Assembly: GCA_951804945.1 (NCBI GenBank)
Contig: OX638149.1
Span: forward strand, 83,328,001 to 83,392,000
DNA: 64,000 bases
DNA from: Podarcis cretensis
Lineage: Eukaryota
Direction: 5' to 3'
Position numbers and translations under genes: made by a program. The notes beneath the pieces are model-generated. The model saw nothing but the letters and a program-made list of their open reading frames with translations, made no database searches and was not told the DNA's origin. Shown piece by piece: positions 50,899-61,875 of the stretch; position 1 is the first letter of the stretch, and every line of letters begins with the position of its first letter.

Positions 50899-51828
50899 TA
50901 CTGATCACCATTAAAATGTGTTTGTGTCTATCATCATCAATAAATAAAACATTGTGCTTGGGAAAAAGTTGCATATCTACTAACGACACCAAGATAAAAC
51001 ATACTGGGGTCAGGCTGTGAGACTTTGAGGTGAGTAGTAACAGTTAGAAATTCTCTTGGAAGAAGGTGCTGCAGAAATAAAATCCTTTTTGATATGTATC
51101 ATCTTATTAGGAGCACATTTTCAGTTCACCTTTTTTCTCCCTTTTCATTTCAGTGACAGGAGTAGCAGCGGACATTCTGTGATGATATGCAATTGCTAGT
51201 CACACAATTTCACATTAAAAAGAGCAACCTCTCCATATTTCTGCAAAGCTATCAAAGGATCTGGGTGGGAAATATACTGTTCTGGTCCTCTAGGGTTATG
51301 CTTGTTTTGCACAAAGACACTTCCCAAAGTCAATTAAAGGGTCAGCGAATGATAGTGTGTGCTTAACCCCATTCACAGGGAATTCAGGGCAGTTTGGTGG
51401 AACATTTATGGAAGCTCACATTGTCCAGAGTCAAGGGGTACTTCCCAAATGTGGCTTTTAGGGCTCCCTCACACATTATTACTCTTCCTCTGTAAGCGAC
51501 ATGAGAATCTGCAATTGACACTTTGTGGGGGAGATTATAGTGCTTTCTGTGTGCATGTACATCAGGTTGTGCTGTAGCTGTGATATAGGATGCAAGCAGG
51601 GCTTTTTTTCCAGCTGGAACTCACCAGAACTCAGTTCCAGCACCTCTCAGACATGCCCCATTGCCATTCTAAGAGAACAAGGGAGGTGTTGTGAGTTCCA
51701 GCACCTCTTTTTCTAGAAAAATAGCACTGGGTGCCATCATTATTTTAGTGATTATTTATTTGATAAAGACCACAGTTTTACAAAACAAAACTGTCATAAT
51801 GTCTTTTATTTGAAAAACAAATTTGGAA

Positions 51829-52180
51829 GGGAGCAGGTGGCGCTGTGCTCTAAACCACTAAGCCTCTTGGGCTTGCCGATCGGAAGGTGGTTCAAATTAC
51901 TGCAATGCAGTGAGCTCCCGTTGCTCTGTCCCAGCTCCTGCCAACCTAGCAGTTTGAAAGCACACCAGTGCAAGTAGATAAATAGTTACTGCTGCAGCAG
52001 GAAGGTAAATGGTGTTTTTGTGCGTTCTGTTGCACCAGAAGCAGTTTAGTCATGCTGGCCACATGACACAGGCAGCCGTCTGTGGACAAATGCTGGCTCC
52101 CTCGGCCTGAAAGTGAGATGAGCACCATACACCATAGTTGCCTTTAATTGACTTAACCATCCAGGGGTCCTTTACCTTTT
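51829..52180 (+). mobile_element. Sauria SINE, older copy
   Basis: Homologous to 61512-61875; ACCTTT tail. Confidence 0.8.
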
Positions 52181-52533
52181 TCAAATATGTCAGCACCAAG
52201 ACGTTTTGTCCTTTTGATCATAAGAAAAGCTAGCAAACAGCATTGCTGCTGCAAAAATCAGCTCCCTGGGGGCATCTAGTGGACAAAAAGGAAAATGCTA
52301 ACACTCAGTTAAATGCCTGATACTTCTGATATGACTGGGGATGAAAACTCTTTAAAGTACAAATTAAAGCAGTAGTTGCTAGGCAACAACTATTAATAGT
52401 ACAATCCTATGGGTGAAAGTCCCACTAAATTCAATGGGACTGTGGTTCTGGTAAACAGGATTAGGACTAAAACCTGGGTGTCATAGAATCAAAGAACTGA
52501 AGATTTAGAAGGGACCCTGAGGGTCATCTAGTC

Positions 52534-52669
52534 CAGTGTTTCCCAACCTTGGGCCTCCAGCTGTTTTTGGACTACAACTCCCATCATCCCTAGCTAGCAA
52601 GACCAATGGTTAGGGATGATGGGAATTGTAGTTCAAAAACAGCTGGAGGGCCAAGGTTGGGAAACGCTG
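52534..52669. mobile_element. hAT MITE nested in a CR1-tail fragment
   Basis: CAGTGTTTCCCAACCTTGG ... CCAAGGTTGGGAAACGCTG with 8-bp TSD ATCTAGTC. It interrupts gggtcatctagtccaacccc, which is seen uninterrupted near 50552. Confidence 0.9.
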
Positions 52670-54020
52670 ATCTAGTCCAACCCCCGCAATGCAGGAATCA
52701 CAGCTCTTAGCTTTCTTTGAAACAATGAAAACTGTATAAATGCAAAACAGCATCCATATAATGGTACCAAAATGACAGCCCTGCTGCCCCATTTAATCTG
52801 CAGAAAAGATAAGGTGGAGGCTGGGGAGAAAACCTGTTGCCAATGACTTGCTTGCATTTTAAACAGAAGATGTCATCATTATGGGTGCTTTTAGTGTGGG
52901 ACTTAATCTTGCATATTCTCACTCTTTGATTTGTTTTCTCTTTATCCACCATACAGTATCGTCTTTCCTATATCCCATAATTCACTGACACTCTTCAGCA
53001 ACACTGCTCTGCATTCCATCTTTACTTTTTCCAGTTGCTAATGCTTGCCTAAGATTCTAGTCATCCCTAGGGGAAGCCATTTGTTTGTATGTCTTTGAAA
53101 AGACTGTGTGATCTCTGCAAACTGAATTAAATCTGAAAATGGTATGCCTTCGGAGGAGGAACCCTGCATCTTATTAAGACTGAAGCATAATTCATCACTG
53201 TTCCATCAGAATCAAATTCCCTTGCAAGCTTGTTCATCACTGGCATGCTAATCACCCACACTGGGAATATTTTGTAGCTGCACATGGCAAAATTGGCACA
53301 TATACAGTCAAAGCATTTGACTGTGCATACAAAATGTATACGCTTGTGACTTCGGACTTAGAGAGGCTGCATGTTGTTATGAATATGAATAGGATCACCA
53401 AAGGTGGAATGTTAAAAAATGGGGTGTTGCTCTTTGCCACTCACTAGAGGAGGAGGGTTTCATGGGGTTTGTTTATCCTTGTTCTTCCTTTATCTACTAT
53501 AGTTAAGGCTCCAGGTAATTAACAGTCTAGTCTTGGTAGCCTGCAGCAGATATTTGCACATAGATAGAGGCAGTTCATTGTACAGTGCCAACACATGCGG
53601 ACAGTAGCTACTCTTTGCCAAGTCCTTTTCGATACTGCCTTGGCCGTTTGTCCCTCCTCCTTGTGTGCAACAGGTAGCCACAGATTTTTTCTGGCTTTTG
53701 AAAATTATCAGGCTTTTCTGGTATTGCTAAGCTCCTAAAAATGGTCATAAATGGTTCTATTGAGCAAGGCTGAGCTGGAAATCGTTTTTGGGTGGGTTGA
53801 CTGAAACAAGTAGTGCTTAATTGGGAAGAGAATGTGCCAGAGCCTTGTTAGATATTTTTTTTTTTTATTCAGCAGAGGTGACCCATCTTTCTGAACCAGT
53901 AGGCACAACTGGAATTTAGAGAAAGTGCTATGGGCACCAGTTACAAAAATGCAAGCAAACCTCCACTTCCCATCAGTGGCGAGGAGAGTGGAAAGGTACC
54001 TACATCAGCCACTACCGTGC

Positions 54021-54024
<4 letters not shown>

Positions 54025-54070
<46 letters not shown>
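54025..54070. repeat. (AG)n microsatellite
   Basis: Read directly from the sequence. Confidence 0.95.
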
Positions 54071-54074
<4 letters not shown>

Positions 54075-55515
54075 AAGCTCTTTGAACCTGACCTCTGTTC
54101 TGAACATCCCAGCATCCAATGAAATGTGCACATTTAAGGGGAAGATGAGTCAGTGCAAACAATCTCTTGCGCCCTGTCGATTTTTGAGGGGATTACTGAG
54201 GCATTATGTAATTTTGATTTTTTTTTTCATTAAAGATTTTCTTTATTTACAAAAGTGTTTGCAATGTCTCTCTCTCGTATTTTTTCCCCCATGTAACATT
54301 TTTACAAATCATTTTCATTTGTTGAGACATTAGGAAGAAAAGGGGGAAAGAGGTGGAGGGGGGAAGAGATGGATAAGAGTGGGGTCAGGTGGTGATGTTT
54401 CTATTTTACTTACCGTATTTTTCGCTCTATAGGATGCAAGTATGTATGCAAATGTAGAGACACACTTCAGACAGAAAGAGAAACCTCAGCTTTGCTGGTT
54501 TCTTTGTATACAGCACAATTTTGAGGAGGCTGCCACAATGGGAGCATGACAAATGGTTTTTCTGTCACCAACACTTTAGTTGTAGCTAAAGGAACCTGTC
54601 AGTTATGCTAGTGTGCCCACATACAGGCCTAGGGACCAATCCAAACCCATGATGTACTTAGCTGTCCAATTCAGCCAGCTTCTTATAGTTAGGATTGCTT
54701 TGCATGGCTCCATATATTCTCCATGGACCATCTTTGGTGTTACGAGCAGCAGAGGGGGCCCTTTTGGTAGTTTCACTACCCTCAGAAGTTTGGGGAGTGG
54801 CAGCCCACTCTTGTAGGCTACTTGGACAGATTGCCCACCTGCCAATCACATGACAAAACTTCAAACGAAATAGTCTGGAGTGCGCTCCCAGTTCTTCCTT
54901 CCTTTCTTTGCAGTGGTAGCTTAGCTTGAAACTACCCTTGCAGAAGAAAAATTATTCCCTCCACCCTTTGTAGCCCAGCTGGAATTCAAGACAGAGATGC
55001 GAAGGAAGATTTGGGAGCACACTGTTAAGTGCTGTGCCCATTGTTCCTTTGTAGTCAAAAGTAAGTGCTTTTTTGAATCTGGTGCCTTTTCCTGTCACCT
55101 TGATCTTGTCAATCACCTTTTGTGTTTTGTAGTTCTGGTTTATTTTATTCTAATGGGCTAGCTTTGCAGAGTTTGAAATGTCCCCTTCACCCAAGTGCTT
55201 AAGATCAGACCGAACGGGGGGGGGGGGGGGAATTATTGTCCCCATTTGACAGATGAGCAAGTGTAGCAAAGGGGCCTCAATCACCCCCCCCCCAAGAAGC
55301 ATGAGACAGGCAAAAGGACTGGATGCAGTTTGCAGAGGCCTCTAACACTGTCACAGGCTTTTGGCCACGCAATTGTCTTTCTGATGAGTGCTCTCGAAAT
55401 ACCATGTCACAGGGATATTCTCACTCCGGCGATCTTCCGTGCGTGGGCTGATTCATTGGATCAAGTCTGGAGAACGAGAATACGTCACCTGAGCTGGCTT
55501 TCCTTCCTTCCGCTA

Positions 55516-58500
55516 TTAGAAATTGCTCTTTCCAACCGGGCCAAGATGAAGCTCGAGGAATTTCTGGATCTCCTTCCAGGAGTGCTCTTGGGCTTTGGCG
55601 TGCAGTTCCACTTCACCTCCCCATTGGTTAGGCAAGGGAATACTCCGGAAAGAAGAGCAGTAGCAAAGCGGGGAACCGGGGGGTTCTAGGAGGTGCCCAG
55701 CCCCCGGATACGACAGCAAAGCACAGTTCCTTTTCCCATGCTGCTTTGCTCTGGCTATGGCCGCCTCAGCAAATAACTTGCTGTTTAGGCTTTGGTCGCT
55801 TTCTGACACCACAAAGAGCACGGGCCCTTGGGCCTTCTCTAGAGGGATGGCAGAGGAGTGATGTCTTTCATCCAAAGGATCTTCCATGACGTGGTAAGAG
55901 TTCGTTGTCCCCATTTCAGTGATGAGAACCTTCTCAACAGCATAAGGGATGGCAGGGATATAGACGTCACGAAAGCGAAGTGATGCGCCTCTCATACCTG
56001 TGGCACCATTGATGCACACAGCAGCCACAATCTGGTCTAAGAAGGTAATCATAGCCAGTGCGATTTCCGATCCTTTGGACAGCCCAATGACTCCAAGGCC
56101 CGGGCCTCTGACCTGGCGGGGGAGGAGGGAGGGAACCACACATAGCTATTTCATCAACGGCATAAAAGGCAGATGCAAGTAGAGTTTTGTAAGAAGGAAG
56201 GCTCTAAACGGGTTTGTTCAGAAGGAAGAGTGATTCTACACATGGTGCAGGGTGAGTCAGTAGACTGAGATGGCCGAATGCTGGATCGTACATCAGACTG
56301 CATGTAACCCTTTCTAACTGGCTCCTTCTGCACTAGGGCCCTTTCACACAGCATTGAATATAGTGGAATATTATCTAGTGGTGGCCTTCCTTACAGCCAA
56401 GCTCTTTCTAAATGGTTTATATACAACTGAGTCCTGCTCAGCAGAGATCTCCTGCCAGGCTAATGAGCAGCTTCCTCTCTGCAGTTCCTTCCCCTTGTAT
56501 GTACTGGTTCCTCTTCAGCAGGGCTGGGGAATTAGCAAGGAATTACCCCTTCAATCTAACATGAGCTCCACCTCACGTCCTACCTGATCACTGGCTGATG
56601 GGAGACTGAGTCTGGTAACAAGCTGGAGGACCACAGATATCCCACCTCTGCCATACACAGTCAGCTTCTGCTCCCCACAAAATGTGTGTGTGTGTCTTAG
56701 GCGTGTCCGTTTTTAGCCAGATCAATTCCACACAAAGACAAAATGAAGCTTGGGAGATCCTACTGTACTGTACAAAACCTGGGAACTCCCTAGCGATGCC
56801 TGTGTTAGTCTAGCTTTGTCTGATCAAGTGCATATCACTATATATTCCAGAATCCTGTTTGGTGCCACTTTGACAGTGCATTCTTTGTGGGGACCCAAGC
56901 TTCTCCTGCACCCTGGTGGGTCAGTTTTGACAGGTGGGTGGGACCACACACCTACAAGTCACTTAACATCATTATGATGTCAGATGATTGAGAGGTGGCT
57001 CGCCCATCAAAGTTGGCCTGCCAGGCCAAAAACGTTCCTCACTCCTAATCTATTTTAATCTCTATTGTCCCACTACAGAGTACCCTTGTAACAAGATAGA
57101 AGAAAATATACCCTCTCAGACACACCTTGGGATGTTTTAAGAGTAGTATGGATGCTTCCTCAAAATATTCCAGGTCCACTTCTTCTAGGGTCTGTGAGAG
57201 GTCATCATAGCCAAAGAAAGCCAGAGCTAGAACAGCAAAGCCTTTATTGGCCAGTAGGACGGCTCGAAACTCAATGAGACCTCCAGACCCACCGAATAGG
57301 TCAATCACCCCTGGAAACGGCCCAGGCCCTGCAGAGAGTCCAAGAAAGGGAGAGCAACTATGAGTGAAGGTATTTGTAATTGTCTGGAATAAGAACCTCC
57401 CTGCCTGCCTGCCTTTGGAGGTCTCTGAGACCATGCAGGGTGGGGTGGAGGAAGGGGGTGACCTTGGAGAGGACAATAAAAGCAACCTGGGGTGCGTGAC
57501 TGGTTACATTATTTTCAAGTAAGAGAGGCCTATTATTTGGATAGGAAAAACGGTTTCCAGGTGGAAAAATCAAAGTTGGAAACAGAATTGTTAGAACCCA
57601 ATGCTAAGATATTGTCGAGAATGTATAATCTGCTGTTGAAATGGAACACTAAGGACGAAACGGTAAAATCTGCTATGATAAAATGGGCTCAAGATGTTGG
57701 TCATAACATCATGTTTGCTGACTGGGAACAGTTATGGACCACCGGTATGAAATTTACGGCATGTAATGCCTTAAGAGAGAATATTATGAAAATGATATAT
57801 AGGTGGTACATGACCCCAGTCAAGCTTGCAAAAATTTATCACCTGCCCGATAATAAATGTTGGAAATGTAAAGAAACTGAAGGGACATTCTTTCACCTTT
57901 GGTGGACGTGCCCAAGGATTAAGGCTTTCTGGGAGATGATATATAATGAACTGAAAAAGGTATTTAAGTATACCTTCTTGAAGAAACCAGAGGCCTTTCT
58001 CCTGGGTATGGTCAGCCAATTGGTGTCAAAGAAGGACAGAACCTTTTTTATGTATGCTACAGCAGCAGCAAGAATACTCATTGCAAAGCATTGGAAGACG
58101 CAAGATCTACCCACCTTGGAAGAATGGCAGATGCAAGTAATAGACTATATGGAACTGGCTGAAATGACCGGCAGAATTCGAGATCAAGGAGAAGAGCGGG
58201 TGGAAGAGGACTGGAAGAAGTTTAAAGCCTATCTACAAAAACATTGTAAAACTTTTGAATGTTGAGGACATTGAAAAGGAAAAGAAGGGGTTTTAGTGAC
58301 TAAGTTAAATAAGAGTGCAAAGGGAGGGATAAAGGATGAAAATGAATAACGAATGATCTTGCTGAATTAATTTTTAAGTGGAATACAAGAAAGGAGGCGG
58401 GTGGAAGTAAGGGAAATAAGGTTTTGAAGGTTACAAATCTGAAAGAGAGTTTTTTATGCTAAATTTGTTTTTTATGTGTTTTTCTTTTTCTTTTGTTTTT

Positions 58501-59717
58501 TCTTTGTAATATTTGTGGATTTTTATGTTGGATTGTTAAATTTTCTTCTGTTTTTCTTTGTAAAATTCAATAAAATATTATTAAAAAAAAACAATAAAAG
58601 CAACCTGGGCATGTGAGCAATGTGTGTCCCACAATGAGGGAAGAGAAGGACTGCACGATTGTAGGGAAGGTTCAGAAACAAATGGGAAAGTTGCATACAG
58701 ACGTGTGGGAAGAAGGAGAATGCAGTGAAGAGGTAAAGGAGAGGGGGGACTTCTCTTTATTCTTATAACTCAGGAAGTATTATAGGACTCTCTCATCCAG
58801 GTACTGATGAAGCCCCAGCCCACATAGGTTCATCTATGCATTAAGTACTCGCAGACCATCTACTGAGCCCACTAGTCCAGAGCAGGCCCACTGATGGGGT
58901 GGTGTGAAGCATCTGCCTCACCCTGCCTGCCCCACTGCTGGTGGAATGCCCCCCTGTGGCTTGTGAGAGGGAGGCATTATGGCATGTGGTGTTGCCATTC
59001 ATCTTCTCTGCCCCTGAGGCAGGAAAGACGTGGGGCAATGCCTTGAGGAATGTGCCGGCTCTCGCAGGGTTTGGCAGGTGGTGGTGGGGATGTTCTGACA
59101 ACAGTGGAAGTGGGGTGGGATGCAGCAGCGAGGGCAGCCCATTCCCATTTCACTACAAGTTGTGAAACAGGGGTGGGCTGGCACTGCGCTAGGCCATTCC
59201 TCATTGTAGTTAATCACCCGGGAGGGGAGAGAAAGCACAAATCAGTTTTCTTACCTGGTGGCAAGAAAAGGGCGCCCCGAACTTTGCCTTCTTTGATCTG
59301 GACACGTTCCACTCCATGGGCTGCGTACCATCTCTCCACAGTGCAAGTGGCCAGTGGTACATCGTTGGGTGAAGGAACTAATACCAAAGAGCCAAAGAGG
59401 CTGACCTGGACGCGGAAAGGGCTGCCTGTCACATTGCGTTTCATCAGCCTGTGGAACCTTTTCTCTGGCTTCAGGGAGGAGAAGAGGCCCATGGGCCAAA
59501 CACCTACATAGTCCCCGCCTAGAGCAGCCGCCTGCTTCACGTCCACCTCCCCAGACAGATTTGCCCGGAAGTGGGCTCTGGATTGAAACTTCTCTCCCTT
59601 GTCATCTGTAAGCAATGCATGCAGGGTTACCAGCTGGGAAGGGTCCAGGCCAGAGGCGCGAATCCACACGGGTGAGTCGGCTAGTGAGCTTTTTGGGGTG
59701 ACAGTGAGGCAGGCCAT
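55516..59717 (-). CDS. Type-I acyl-CoA thioesterase / BAAT-ACNAT family alpha/beta hydrolase, 420 aa; exons 59717-59255, 57328-57126, 56112-55516
   Basis: Exons of 463+203+597 = 1263 nt join in frame. Motifs [18 protein letters not shown], nucleophile GLSKG, Asp in SESDQ and His in [11 protein letters not shown]. The three-coding-exon layout is typical of ACOT1-6/BAAT. Confidence 0.9.
57492..58590 (+). mobile_element. L1-clade LINE, 5'-truncated, in an intron of the ACOT-like gene
   Basis: Uninterrupted 257-aa ORF2 C-terminus with zinc knuckle CWKC-X8-H-X4-C. AATAAA and A-tail; 19-bp TSD ACAATAAAAGCAACCTGGG at 57473-57491 and 58591-58609. Confidence 0.92.
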
Positions 59718-60399
59718 GGCAGCAACCTGAGGAAAGTGAATCAGTGACATTTCCAGTAAGTTTGGGAACTGTAAGAACGAATGAAGGAGGTGCTCAGCTT
59801 CCCTACTTCCCCTAGGGCAATTCTTGCCCTTAACCTCTGATTGAAGCTCTCTCCTTTATATCCTGCCTTTCCTCTTTTACACACACACTTTTATCCTCTG
59901 AGCTCTGTGAGGTAGATTGGGATGAGCGTTAGCAACTGGCTGAAGATAATTCGGTGAGCTTTATGGCTGAGGAGAAAATTAAAACTCCACTTTGTCCTAG
60001 TTCAAGGTTGGTAGTCGACCAAGTTTTACACCAGAGCTTTCCAAACGGTGTGTTGCAACACATGAGTGCATTGTCAGCTACAGTGTGCGGGTGTGTCGTT
60101 TTAACGCTCCCCACACTCCTCCTGGGGCTGGTAAAGGGTGCAGGCAGCCCACTGGATTGCTAGTAAAACTGAATTACCGTGCTGCAAAATGATGCATATC
60201 TAAAAAGTGTATCGCCAACATGAAAAGTTTGGAAAGCTCTGTTTTAGACTGAGCAGGCCCACTTAAATTAATGGACATGACTAAGTTAGCTTGATTAATT
60301 TCAGTACATCTACTTTGAGTAAAACTCAGCTGACACAGGCTTTTAACTAAGTCCTTTTCCTCCTTGGAGGTGAAACTCCTCCATGCACTGAACGGTTTG

Positions 60400-60980
60400 C
60401 TCACTTGCGCGCTGCAATCGAAGCTGCACTTGGCAGCGGGGCCTTCGCTTCCCGCTGCCGCTGTGGCCGTGCTGGCTGCGGCTGATGGGAGCTGCACAGC
60501 AACCCCGGCTGGAGGGTCGCCGCTTCCCGCTCCGCCCGCCAAAGGTTTGGGGGAGCGCGGCGAGCGGATCTTCCTTCCCCTCCAGGCGTCTGCAAATCCT
60601 CCCCGCGCGCCCGGGCGACGCTGGGTTCTGCACTCACCGCGACTTGAATGGCTCAGGACCCGGAGGAGTTGCAGCCGCCGGCTCCTCTCTCTCGGTGCTC
60701 CGCAGGTGCCCAATACCTTGTCGGGTCCTCGCCAGGGTAGTGCCTCCCCGGGCAGGGCACGATCCCGTGGACGGGCGCCAAGCGGGGAGTTGCTCTGTCC
60801 TGCGCCACGTGACTTGGCGCGGCTCCCTCTGGAGCAAAAGGAGGACAGATAAGGTGAGGCGAGTCGGTGCGAGAAGTGAAACCTCATCCCACACCCGCGC
60901 TGCCTGGTGTTACTCAAGGAGAGGATTCAGGGCATTGCGGGTGGGTGGCGAGGTAGCTGCCCCTCCTCACCGCCAGATGA
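60400..60980. promoter_or_regulatory. CpG island; probable promoter and non-coding exon 1 of the ACOT-like gene
   Basis: High CpG density. A minus-strand donor GCG|GTGAGT at 60638 could join the acceptor at 59726. CACGTG E-box (GTCACGTGGC) at 60804-60813. Confidence 0.7.
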
Positions 60981-61215
60981 GCCGTCCTCCCCACATTTCC
61001 AGCTTTCACGGCCTTTGGCTCAAAAATGTGTAGTTATTTCCTTTAGTTTTCCAGATTGTTGTTTCTGTCATGGTATGCTTTAGATGACATCCCTGCATTG
61101 CAGGGGGTTGGAGTAGATGATCCTGGAGGTCCCTTCCTACTCTGCAGTGATTCTGCATCTCATCCGATTGTTTCCGTCCCTCCCCTGGCCTTTGAGAGAA
61201 CTCTAAACAAATGTA

Positions 61216-61295
61216 CAGGGTGAGTCCTTTGAAAGAGGCCCGGTGGATACAGAGTACACATGTTCCACGGGCCCTCTTTTAAAAGACTCACCCTG
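61216..61295. mobile_element. 80-bp palindromic mini-MITE (TA target)
   Basis: TA-CAGGGTGAGTCCTTTGAAAGAGGCCCGGTGGA ... TCCACGGGCCCTCTTTTAAAAGACTCACCCTG-TA. Confidence 0.8.
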
Positions 61296-61511
61296 TACAT
61301 GCCAGTGTGAGAAATGATTCTGTGTGAACTGCTGGTGCTTTTTAAATGAGTGGCTTCACTTTGTCATGTTTGTCGTATTTATCAGTTAACAAGATGGCAT
61401 TTTAAAGTATTTAACCCCCATTCTATAAGCTGCCTTGAAAGGTCAACTAGCTCAGGGAGACATAATTGAAATTGATTAAATAAATAAAATACAGCTAACA
61501 CCAGTAGGTGT

Positions 61512-61875
61512 GGGACGCAGGTGGCGCTGTGGGTTAAAGCCTCAGCGCCTAGGACTTGCCGATCGAAAGGTCGGCGGTTCGAATCCCTGCGGCAGGGTGC
61601 GCTCCCGCTGCTCGGTCCCAGCGCCTGCCAACCTAGCAGTTCGAAAGCACCTCCGGGTGCAAGTAGATAAATAGGGACCGCTTACCAGCGGGAAGGTAAA
61701 CGGCGTTTCCGTGTGCGGCTCTGGCTCGCCAGAGCAGCGATGTCACGCTGGCCATGTGACCTGGAAGTGTCTCCGGACAGCGCTGGCCCCTGGCCTCTTA
61801 AGTGAGATGGGCGCACAACCCCAGAGTCTGTCAAGACTGGCCCGTACGGGCAGGGGTACCTTTACCTTTTACCTT
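61512..61875 (+). mobile_element. Sauria SINE, young full-length copy
   Basis: tRNA-like head (GGTGGCGCTGTGG, GGTTCGAATCC), (ACCTTT)n tail, TSD TAACACCAGTAGG at 61496-61508 and 61876-61888, CpGs intact. Confidence 0.9.

Noticed and set aside
60174-61033. Long ORFs in the CpG island as an N-terminal (mitochondrial-type) extension of the ACOT-like protein
   Set aside because: Splicing 60638 to 59726 places an in-frame TGA shortly upstream of the ATG. The long ORFs reflect GC richness.
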